Shown here piece after piece: positions 22,056 to 31,505 of a stretch of 64,000 bases of DNA. The DNA lies in NCBI GenBank assembly GCA_000004985.1, contig GG738921.1; one strand, 5' to 3'. Every line of letters begins with the position of its first letter. Positions within the stretch are counted from its first letter, which is position 1. This DNA comes from Naegleria gruberi. Lineage: Eukaryota. A program made the translations under genes and the position numbers. The notes beneath the pieces were generated by a model, which did no database searches, had not been told where the DNA came from, and was given only the letters and a program-made list of their open reading frames with translations.

Positions 22056-22802
22056 TTATCTGAAGATGACACCACCACCGCCGCCACCACCGACAACAGC
22101 ACCACCAACTGGACCTGGACCACCAACTGGACCAACTGGACCACCTGGAATTGGACCTGGGCCACCAATTGGACCAATAGGACCACCAACTGGAGGAGGA
22201 ACACCACCAGCAAATCCAATGCCACCATCAATTCCACCAACACCCCAACCACCATAATAAGGAGCTCCATATCCAACACCAACACCATAACCACCGCCAT
22301 AACCACCTCCATAACCATAACCACCACCATAACCACCATAAATTGGAGGAGGAGGAGGAGGAGGAACACCATAACCATAACCACCGCCATATCCACCATA
22401 TCCACCATAAACTGGAGGAGCAACAACAACTGGAGGTGGAGGAGGAGGAAGATATTGTTGGAATGAGCTACCATAGTTTGAACCATAATTGCTTGGACCA
22501 GTGTAAGAGCTTCCATAAGAACTGTATGGATTTGAGTTGACACTATCTACTTGATTGAGATAGGATTGAGTATTTTGAGCATACTTGTTATAGTTGCCAC
22601 CTGAGGTTCCATAATTAGAACCAGCACCGCCATAAGAACCATAATTATTGGCATTGTTGAAGGAACCAGTAGATCCACCAAAACCACCATAGTATGGAGG
22701 AGGAACACCATAGGATTTTGTTTCAGTGTCTCCTCCTGCCAAGACAATCGCAAGGGAGCAGAGTGATAGCAATAAGCCAATAAGAATCTTTTCAGATATC
22801 AT
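22056..22802 (-). CDS. Secreted glycine/tyrosine/proline-rich structural-type protein (248 aa).
   Basis: Signal peptide MISEKILIGLLLSLCSLAIVLAGG, then GYGGYGGGYGYG, PPPPPPP and GPIGPIGGPGP repeats. The several ORFs on the opposite strand are mirror artefacts of the repeat. Confidence 0.55.
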   Translation of the reverse strand: MISEKILIGLLLSLCSLAIVLAGGDTETKSYGVPPPYYGGFGGSTGSFNNANNYGSYGGAGSNYGTSGGNYNKYAQNTQSYLNQVDSVNSNPYSSYGSSYTGPSNYGSNYGSSFQQYLPPPPPPVVVAPPVYGGYGGYGGGYGYGVPPPPPPPIYGGYGGGYGYGGGYGGGYGVGVGYGAPYYGGWGVGGIDGGIGFAGGVPPPVGGPIGPIGGPGPIPGGPVGPVGGPGPVGGAVVGGGGGGGVIFR

Positions 22803-23077
22803 ATTTTGTTTTTTTGTTTTGATGAGTAATTAGGAAGGGAGAGAAGGGTGGAATTTATTGAATTTTTGGAGCTTGTCAACTTCATAACTAAATGTGCAAG
22901 TATCTAATAGAGGAAAATGAAATGATGGGAATGATGGACCTATAAAGTAAAATTGTGTATAAATGTTGAATTACTTAAATGGAAATGATCAGATTGTTTG
23001 GAAACAAAGTCTCATTTTGTAACAAAGCAGTTTTTAAATTCACTACAATTTAAGAAAATTTCATATCTGAATGTGAA

Positions 23078-23129
23078 GCGTCGATGGTTTAGTGGTAGAA
23101 TACGGCGGGTTCAATTCCCGGTCGACGCA
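23078..23129 (+). pseudogene. tRNA-Gly(GCC)-derived 52-nt element lacking the entire anticodon arm.
   Basis: GCGTCGATGGTTTAGTGGTAGAATACGGCG|GGTTCAATTCCCGGTCGACGCA has an intact acceptor stem, D arm and T arm. The 19-nt anticodon stem-loop, present in the related copy at 58042-58099, is deleted. It shares about 12 nt of 5' flank (gtgaagcg) with that copy. Confidence 0.6.
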
Positions 23130-23331
23130 GCAGAAAGCAATAATTTTGTTCAATTAAAGCTTTTAATGTGAATTGTTTTTACACTACAATCTAGACATAC
23201 CATACTACACGAATCTCAAATACCACATTTTCATTCTTTATATTAGAAAAGATATTAATCAAAGTTAAGACCTCATTTTTTTATTGTGTTTTGTTTTTTA
23301 AAAAATGCAAGTAATGAAAATTTAACAAACT

Positions 23332-24586
23332 TTAATTTTCCTTGTCAATCAAGGCTTGATTCACAGCCATTACCACTCTGTAACGAGCTTGATTCTTGAG
23401 AACCTTTTCAACGGCTTGAGTTACATTATCAAGAGTAGTTAATTCAATTTGTGGCTTAATATTGTGATCAGCAGCAAATTGCAACATTTCCTTCATCAAA
23501 TCGGGAGTGGCACTTGCTGAACCAACAATTGCACGATCTTTGAGGATGAGAGGAAAAGCTGATGCTTTATATATGCCAGAATCAGCTATTTAAATTGTTA
23601 TTTAATTAATTTAAATTAATAATTAATAATTAATAATAATATTAGGAAATTAAAAGTAATTAAAAGTAATTGGAATGCAAAACAAGTTAAATTACTTACG
23701 AAGTCCTAACATGACCATCTTTCCGAATGGTTTCAACATTTGGATAAACTTATCATTATCAATATCAGTGCTAACAGTATTGAGAATCATGTCAAATTTG
23801 CATGAAAGAGATTTTGCATCATTTTCTTCTGTGTGGACAAAGAATTCATCAGCTCCAAAGGATCTGCATTCCTTCTCCTTATTTGCATTTGTGGAAAGGG
23901 CTACAACATGGAATCCCATCTTTTTAGCAAATTGGAGAGCTAAATGACCTAATCCTCCCAATCCCAATACTGCTACTACAAATTCATTTCGTTTCGAATA
24001 AGGACTTTCACGATAGTAGTATAATGGTGAGTAAACTGTGGCTCCAGCACACAACAATGGACTGGCATCGACAGATTTCAACTTGTCTGGAATTGGAAAA
24101 ACAAATCTAGCATCCCAAACAACACCTGTTTGAAAACCTCCTCCAATTGGTGCCTTATCGAAAGGTAAGGTCTTGTCACACAAATTTTCGAAATGATTCT
24201 TACAAGTTGGACATTCGAAACATGAAGTGTAGTGCCATCCCATTCCAACACGATCTGATACCTTAATCTTTGTTTCCTTCTCGACTTGCTCACCAACATG
24301 ACGAACAATTCCAACAATTTCATGACCAGGAATGCAACCAACATTATGCAATGAGTGAATATCTGATTATTTAATAATATTTGATTTGGATAACTACTAT
24401 TACTATTGAAAAATACTAACCTGTATAACAAATACTACTGGCAATTACTTCGACAAAAACCTCCAAAGGACCCAAACTTTTCACTTGTTGCTTGATTGGG
24501 CGAAAGGAGAATTCCTTTCCTTCTTCCTTTTCTGCTACTGCATAACCAGAAACTTGGATTGGTGGATTGATTTCCTTGATAGACAT
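23332..24586 (-). CDS. Zinc-containing alcohol dehydrogenase (MDR; cinnamyl-alcohol / NADP-dependent ADH-like). Three exons: 24586-24421, 24362-23700, 23585-23332.
   Basis: The catalytic Zn motif GHEIVG and the structural-Zn Cys cluster (CFECPTCKNHFENLC) are both present. Rossmann segment VAVLGLGGLGHLALQFAKKMG. Donors GTTAGT and GTAAGT; introns of 58 and 114 nt. Phases are consistent and the protein is about 360 aa. Confidence 0.8.
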
Positions 24587-25091
24587 GGCGATAGATACTT
24601 TTCTTGTGGATTTCTTTTTTTAATTGTTGGATTTAAACTAATGCAGAAGAATTCTTGCTTTTAAATGTTACAAATTTGGAGATTGTACATTCTTGCGACT
24701 TTATACGTGCATTCATACATTCGCACGAGGATGTTATTTATTTAATATCCACCGTTGAAACTTGTTAAATTTCCATACGAAAGAAACACATTATCTGACA
24801 TGTCTTTGTTAAGATTCATCTCATTTATGAAAGTTAGAATGACCTGTGAAAGGAAGACGAGGAGAATGGATATTTTGTGTTGTAATAACACATTTACAGT
24901 TACAATCCAGAATTTAAGGTCCGCATTCGATATCCTTTAGGAGTCGATTAGATCAGCAGCGGTTATTTATCTTTTCAAATTGACCACATCAACAATATCC
25001 TGATTTTATCATACTCTTTCCAGAGTGGATACAAGATTTCGTTATTCGATTCCCTTATGTTTTACCCAGTTTTTTCATTTTCTGCTTTTAC

Positions 25092-26089
25092 ATGGTTGCA
25101 TTCGTGTTGGGTTGTTTGAAATTAGAGGAGGCCAATAAGAATACCTGGTATTATAGAAGGTTTATTGCTAAAGAGACAGTTGATAATATTGATAAGGAAA
25201 CTTCCAAAACCAAATTAATATCACCAAATAATGAATTAGAAGAAGAGCAAGTTCAAGAGCCAATTATTGTTAAGGAATCCATGTTACAGAAATTCAAGAA
25301 TAAGTTTAACAATTTCAAAAGTCATGAAATGTTATCATCTCCAATTCCATTGCTGACATGTTTCCTCTACTTGATGTTGGGATCGAAACAAATCTTATTT
25401 GACGAATGTTTACCTCTCTTTTCAGTTACACCAAAAGAGTTGGGAGGATTAGGATTATCTTCATATCATCTTGGTTGTAAGTTTACAATTTTTGTAATTC
25501 TATAGAAATTAACTTTTACTTTCACATTTCAATAATTAACATGCAAATAGTAACTGGTGGATTTTTAGGATTTATCATATTTATGAATCAGGCATTCATC
25601 ACACCACGTGTTATTGCCAAATTCAGTCCATTGATTTGCTATAGGGTGAGTCTTGTTGTGGATATTGCATTCAATGTAATCTTTCCTGAAGTTATTTGGT
25701 TAATGGTTAGTGAACATGATCCAATTTGGAGACATGTATTGTTCTGGTTTGTTTTCGTATTCATTCTCCTATTAAGACAAGTTTCTAATGGGTACAGTTT
25801 CTTGGGAACTTTACTCATTACAAATAACAGTGTAACCCGAAAGAATTCTGGAAAATTGAATGGAACTTCTCAATCATTGGTTTCACTTTCGAGAATGATT
25901 AGTCCGATTGTTGGTGGGGCTATCTTTGCTAGCTCAACAGCTGTCTCTAAATTTCCAATTGACCATCGCACGGTGTTTTATGTTGTTGGTATAATAAGTG
26001 TAATTATGTTTTTCCTTTCATTGATTTTGAAAAAGTCAATCAATAAGCCAAAGGAAGAAGTTAAAGTGAATGAGGTAGCAAAAAAGTAA
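25092..26089 (+). CDS. Half-size major-facilitator-superfamily-like protein: only the C-terminal 6-TM half. Two exons: 25092-25476 and 25551-26089.
   Basis: Donor t|GTAAGT and acceptor caaatag. Six predicted TM helices. MFS-type loop motif NGTSQSLVSLSRMISPIVGGAIF. The roughly 500 bp upstream, before the ADH gene, is non-coding. Confidence 0.45.
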
Positions 26090-26191
26090 AGTCTGTCAAT
26101 TTTGGAGAAACTCTTCTTTTAGCTAATTTCCAGAATGTTGTAATCGGTAGGGAATTTCGAATACATTATTCGAATTCCAACATTAAAAAAA

Positions 26192-27118
26192 ATGGTCAAT
26201 TCTCATTGTTATTCTTTTCGTTGCGAGAATGGAGAAGGTAAATTCATTGAATTGCAGTTATCATTCTCCGAACCTGAGCATCAAATCACTCTAGCTTGTA
26301 CCTACAATTATCATAAATATTTGTTTCGTGAAGAAACTTCATCCGTCATTCATTTCAAATATTACAAGACATGTTTGATGAATAATTCAATTAAATGCAA
26401 AGTTTCTGAGAATTGCATTACCCTGAATGTGAAGGAATGTTCTGATCTGGAAGAAACTGTAAAATTTATTCTTGAGAAACAAGAAAGAAACCCAGAAGAA
26501 AAATTGAATATCATGTTTGAAGTCATGATGCAAGATATTAGAGAATTGAAGGAAAAACTTTGGTTTACAGATAAGGATTTGAACAAATTCTCAGAAAAGT
26601 ATATTTCCAATTGGAATAGTTTAACAAATAACTATTCGAAAAACGTTGACAATCCTTCTATTAGAAAAAACCAAGATTCTAATTATGATGTAAAGAATTA
26701 TGCAGTTAATACTTCAGGTTTTAAGGCTAATGGATATACGAAAGGTTGTCGTGAAGAAAATTTGGAACCTATTGTCATTTACTTTAAACAAAAAGTGGAA
26801 TTCTCAAAGATTGAATTCATTGTGAATGCTCCAGGTAAGAAAGAAGACCCAATTGCAATTTATATCTATGGTGTGTTTAAACCTCAAGGATTTATTAGAA
26901 AAATGGAGGAATCAGGTTCAAGTTCTGGAACTTCTGAACCAAAAGAAGAATTCATCATCATGCCAAAATTGGAGCAACTTGTTAAGGAAGATTGTAAACA
27001 ATCAGATATTGTTTCGGTTAGTTTAAATCTCAGTAATTGCTACGATGGTATTGGAATTGCAGTTAGAAAGGATAAGACTGCCATCTCTTATAGCTTGACT
27101 GATGTCAGAATTTATTAA
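26192..27118 (+). CDS. Hypothetical protein (308 aa) with no recognised domain.
   Basis: Single ORF from an ATG in A-rich context. Confidence 0.35.
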   Translation: MVNSHCYSFRCENGEGKFIELQLSFSEPEHQITLACTYNYHKYLFREETSSVIHFKYYKTCLMNNSIKCKVSENCITLNVKECSDLEETVKFILEKQERNPEEKLNIMFEVMMQDIRELKEKLWFTDKDLNKFSEKYISNWNSLTNNYSKNVDNPSIRKNQDSNYDVKNYAVNTSGFKANGYTKGCREENLEPIVIYFKQKVEFSKIEFIVNAPGKKEDPIAIYIYGVFKPQGFIRKMEESGSSSGTSEPKEEFIIMPKLEQLVKEDCKQSDIVSVSLNLSNCYDGIGIAVRKDKTAISYSLTDVRIY

Positions 27119-27157
27119 ATATCCTTTCGAATAGATTTTATTAGCACCAAACTATTC

Positions 27158-27982
27158 TTACTTTTGCAAATTAGTGAATGATTTTCTAAATATTCTAATA
27201 AATTCGTTATGAACTTGTGCATCTCCCATTTCCATAACATATAAAACTGCATTACTTCCAGAAATATCCAAATTATTCTTCTCGACATACTCATTTGAGA
27301 ATTCGTATAATTGTTTGAAAATCTCAAGATATTGCTCTTCCATAACCGATCTATTAGCAATCTGAACAGCAATCTCCAACTCTTCCCTATTCAAATCATT
27401 ACAATACATTGGACCACCCATTTGTTGTTTCCATGAATCAGCCAAAGAACCAATATCAACCGCATCGAATCCTAAATCTTCAATTATATTCGAAACCAAT
27501 TGCTTACTTTTCAAACTATCACCAGAAACTGGAATTGCAACTCTGTTTGGAGCATTTTGAATGCCTCCTTTTGATTTTAAGCTGAAATCTGTAATATTGT
27601 TAAAGGCCTTAATCATTGGACGATTAAAGTAGTGAGAAATCCATTCGGTGTGGTTTAGTTTCCCATTTTGAATTTCCTCAATGGGGCCATCTCTAGATGG
27701 GTTATAATTACACGTATCGACAATTACGACATTTTCCAATGCGCTTTCGAATAATTGTCTATCCAATTGAAAAACTCCTTTCGTTGGAATGGTCAGAATG
27801 ATTAGTTGTGCATTTTTCACAACTTCTGCAACTGGGAGAGCAGTGGCGCCAGTTTCACTTTCGACTTGTTTCAAAGTTTCTGGACCTCTTGAGTTTGAAA
27901 TTCTAACAGAATGACCGAGTTGGGTGAAAGATTTCGCCAAGAAAGCACCAATTCTGCCAGCACCAATAATACCAATTTGCAT
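27158..27982 (-). CDS. NADP-binding Rossmann-fold oxidoreductase of the F420-dependent NADP reductase / pyrroline-5-carboxylate-reductase-like family.
   Basis: N-terminal MQIGIIGAGRIGAFLAKSFTQLGHSV dinucleotide-binding motif. 274 aa, single exon. Confidence 0.55.
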   Translation of the reverse strand: MQIGIIGAGRIGAFLAKSFTQLGHSVRISNSRGPETLKQVESETGATALPVAEVVKNAQLIILTIPTKGVFQLDRQLFESALENVVIVDTCNYNPSRDGPIEEIQNGKLNHTEWISHYFNRPMIKAFNNITDFSLKSKGGIQNAPNRVAIPVSGDSLKSKQLVSNIIEDLGFDAVDIGSLADSWKQQMGGPMYCNDLNREELEIAVQIANRSVMEEQYLEIFKQLYEFSNEYVEKNNLDISGSNAVLYVMEMGDAQVHNEFIRIFRKSFTNLQK

Positions 27983-28178
27983 TTTTTTTTTGACAGTTTA
28001 CTTGAGTGAATCTATTCGATCAGCATGAGATTTTTATTCGATTTAGAAGTAGATTATGGAGAGTAAAAGTGCTCACGCAATCAATTCGCAGTAGTAGCAG
28101 TAAGTAGTAAAAGTCAATAGAACGCACGCAATTACTTGCTTTAACAATAATAAAAACAAGTTGCTGAAATCAAAAGTA

Positions 28179-28265
28179 TCCGATGAGACGGAATCGAACC
28201 GCCGACCACAGGATGACAGTTTTTCTTGCTACAGTCCCATGCTCTACCAGCTGAGCTATCATCGG
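28179..28265 (-). tRNA. tRNA-Tyr (anticodon GTA) with a 14-nt intron 3' of the anticodon.
   Basis: CCGATGATAGCTCAGCTGGTAGAGCATGGGACTGTAG[caagaaaaactgtc]ATCCTGTGGTCGGCGGTTCGATTCCGTCTCATCGG. The acceptor stem pairs perfectly and the intron position is canonical for eukaryotic tRNA-Tyr. Confidence 0.85.
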
Positions 28266-28404
28266 TTGTATTTATTTATTAAAAATACCTTTTGTAAACT
28301 ATAAAAATATCTAAGGTATTAAGGTAGTTTGTTAAAGAGTGGCCGAGTTGTGTATTTGTGCAACCATGTATTGACGAACTTTATTAACGAACATTATAAA
28401 AAAA

Positions 28405-29375
28405 ATGCCACAACATGTCCATCATCACTCCCTCTCACCTTCAAGACCAGTCGTCGTTATTGATAATGGCTCGGGAATGATTAAGGTAGGATTTTCCTGT
28501 AGTGATTCTCCCAGAGCCATATTTCCAACAATAGTAGGGCATAAAAAAGAGTCATCAGATCAAAAGAAGGAAACAACCAACAATGATCTCAATAGTATCG
28601 GATCATCATTTGTTGGAGAGATGGCAATAGCTCATCGAGAATTATTGGACATAAAAAGTCCCATGGAAAATGGAATAATTTCAAATTTTGATGATATGGA
28701 AAAGATTTGTTATCATCTCTATCCGGAGTTCTTGTCACAGAACCAAGTTAGAATCCAAAGTTGGTGAGAGAAAAAACAACAGAAATATTTTTTGAAAAGT
28801 TTAAGGCCAATCAGTGATGGGACTTTGTTCGAGTGCCAGATCAGATGGTGTTGTTTTGGATGCTGGTTATACGAAATCATATGCTGTTCCAATTCTTGAA
28901 GGAATTGCATTGCCACATGCCATTCAGGTGATGNNNNNNNNNNNNNNNNNNNNNNNNNNNNNNNNNNNNNNNNNNNNNNNNNNTTCACAAAGAGGAGGTT
29001 TGAATTGTCAGATGGAAGCAAAGTGAATTTTGGAGAGGAATTAATGTCATGTCCAGAAGCTCTATTCAACCCACAGTTAATCAAAGAAGGAGAAGGAATT
29101 CACAAGATTCTCGTCAATTCCATTTTCAATTCAAATGCAGAAATCACAAGACAACTCTTTGCCAATATTGTCCTTGTCGGTGTCTCAACAATGTTTGAAG
29201 GTTTTCCCAATCATTGAATTGGCTCCTCTCTCTGTAAAAGTGAAAATCCTTTCATTCCCCGAAAGAAAACTCTTCCTGGTTTGGAGGTTCAATTACGAGC
29301 TCTCTTTCAGAATTCCACAATATGGCCATTCACAAAAAGGAATATGAAGAAGTTGGACCTAGAATTGTAATGTAG
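28405..29375 (+). pseudogene. Actin-related protein (Arp) gene whose reading frame is disrupted at least four times and carries an in-frame TAG. It is either a pseudogene or a low-quality assembly region abutting an N-gap.
   Basis: Actin-collinear segments lie in different frames: DNGSGMIKVGFSCSDSPRAIFPTIVG; (P)VLVTEPS*NPKLVREKTTEIFFEKF (TAG at 28749-28751 where actin has Leu); QSVMGLCSSARSDGVVLDAGY...ALPHAIQVM; CPEALFNPQL...VLVGVSTMFEGFP; [18 protein letters not shown]; [34 protein letters not shown]. Frame changes fall near 28722, 28805, 29207 and 29270. The N-gap is at 28934-28983. Confidence 0.5.
28934..28983. other. Assembly gap (50 N).
   Basis: Run of n inside the Arp locus. Confidence 1.
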
Positions 29376-29473
29376 AAATGTTTTTAATGCAAAATATGAG
29401 TGCAATGTATCAATATTTCCTGTTATCTATTTCAGACTTACCATTTTCGTTCAAGTTTTTACAAAATAAAAAA

Positions 29474-31277
29474 ATGGCGCAAGATAACACCACGGATGAA
29501 TTGAATGAATTTTTTAATGATTTATTGGAGAGCAATGTGGAAGGAGGAGATAATCCCCTCCTACAGCAACAAGAACAAGAACAACAAGATGATGAATTAT
29601 TGCATCCTATATCATGTTCCTATTGTCGGAAAAACCATCGGTACGTGTGTGGTTCTTTAGAATTATAATTAATAATATTAAATTAAATTAAATAGAAAGT
29701 GTGGTATGTAATTTATCAGCTGATGCCGATTGTGACCAGAATAATAATTACATCATAAATGATGAAATAGATAGAAAGAAGCCTTCATGTACTAATTGTG
29801 TGAGAAAGGGAGTTGTTTGTAACTATTCGGATCCATTAAAGAAGGGAAGAAAAAAGAAATCGGAAAAGGAAGTGGAGGAAATTCATGAAGAGAAGAAGAA
29901 AAATTCTTCAAAGAAAGCTGTTAGTAGTAGTAGTAGTGGAAGTAGTCATCATTCAACAACAACCTCTTCAGCAATTCCCTATAAAACAATTCATATCGAT
30001 TCCGATGATATTCTATTGAAAAGATCAACATTTGATTTATTTGGTCTATTGTACGTTGTTAGTAATTGTTTAAATAATTATTGACGATTGGAAATAGAGA
30101 TATACCAATTCAACAATCAGATTTTGAAAATTATTACAATATGGCTCAGAATGGAGTGTTAAAGGATGATGTTATTAATGCAATCTTATTTGGTTGTCAG
30201 GCTCTAATTGACCAAAGATTAGGAGATAAGGAAGCATCGAAATTATCATTTAATAAGGCAAGGAAACTCATACAACCATATTTTGATAATATTGATGATA
30301 TTAATGTAGGATGTGTCTACTTTTTATTTTGTTCGTTTGAAGCTTCAAATGCAAATTATAGAAAGGTAGCTCTATATTATAATATTTTGAAAACCTTTGT
30401 GGATGAAATTGTCAAAATGGAAAATTCCAACATCAAGTTGACAACACAAATGAAAAGGTTAAAAAGCAGGACTAGATTTATTGAAATGACTATGAGTACC
30501 TCTCAAGATATAGACTGTAATAATCCTCTAGCAATTGCCAAAATGTTTCCAAGACTGGTCTATGTTGCCACAGGAGTTGATGGATTTGCTGAACTATGTG
30601 CAAAATTAGAACATTTAGATAAGGACAGAATTGAAGAACATTTAGCTACTGTTGATTCTGTGTGCATATTCATGAACAATCATATGAGACAAATGGACGA
30701 AAGTGGTGATCGCAAAAATGTAATTGATTTAATGGGAAATATTGTTTCGAATGGAATGAAACTGGCTTCCTACCTCACAGTAGATAATGACAATTGGGAG
30801 AAGATAATGACTTACTCGACCAATATTACTACAGCAACAGAGAATCCACTCTTTGTATTTCTTCCAGCGGCTGTTGTGTCTCATGTTGCCATGGCAGCTA
30901 AACAACATTTGAGACTGTGGTCCTTAATCAGATTGGGAATGGTTTCAGATTTCTTCCAAGGAAAAAACACTCTCTCACAATTAATCTATCAAAGTTATAG
31001 AGCTCTCAGTATTCTCTCCACTCGATTCGATCGCGTCCAAAAATTCTACTCTGATCTCTATCAAGAATTGGAACACTTCATTAAGGAATACTTTACCCAA
31101 CAAAATCAACTTGATTCCACCCTTCTCAACAATACTACTATTGTTATTGATAACAACACTGCAACAACTACAAATGAACCTTTATTACCTGACCTACAAC
31201 CACCACCACCAGAAAGTTCATTCACAAGCATGCTTGATGATTCTTTCTTTTTCGATCCACCACAACATTTTGAATAA
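29474..31277 (+). CDS. Putative Zn(II)2Cys6 (GAL4-type) transcription-factor-like protein, at least 3 exons (29474-29640, 29700-about 30060, about 30081-31277). The exon 2/3 junction is unresolved.
   Basis: Exon 1 ends CSYCRKNHR with a GTACGT donor. Exon 2 continues (R)VVCNLSADADC...KKPSCTNCVRKGVVCNYS, a C-x2-C-x6-C cluster, followed by a basic stretch. The C-terminal 398-aa ORF has no clear domain. Confidence 0.4.
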
Positions 31278-31505
31278 CTTCAACTATCTCACATTCCGAA
31301 AACGATCTCATACGCTTTCTCCTATCTAATTCTGCTTTGGGAAACGAGACACAAATTTAAAAAATCAACCATCACAGAACTCAAGATTTGTTGCCAACAC
31401 AATCCTTTCAAACAACCAATTATCAAAAACAAAAGCTTCCTCTTCCTGCCACAGGTTTTTTAATTTTCTCCAATCTAACTTTGTTGTTTTGAGTTTGGGA
31501 AGATC

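Noticed and set aside
21971-22543. Long ORFs on the plus strand and a second minus-strand frame overlapping the Gly/Tyr-rich gene (supplied ORFs 21971-22543, 21978-22466, 22027-22257, 22343-22540).
   Set aside because: They are frame and antisense echoes of a GGN/CCN-repetitive coding region. Only the signal-peptide-initiated frame (22056-22802, minus) is gene-like.
23078-23129. Explaining the 52-nt tRNA-like element as a tRNA whose intron had been removed.
   Set aside because: Canonical tRNA introns lie 3' of the anticodon and are short. Here the entire anticodon stem-loop is absent, so it is a deletion derivative.
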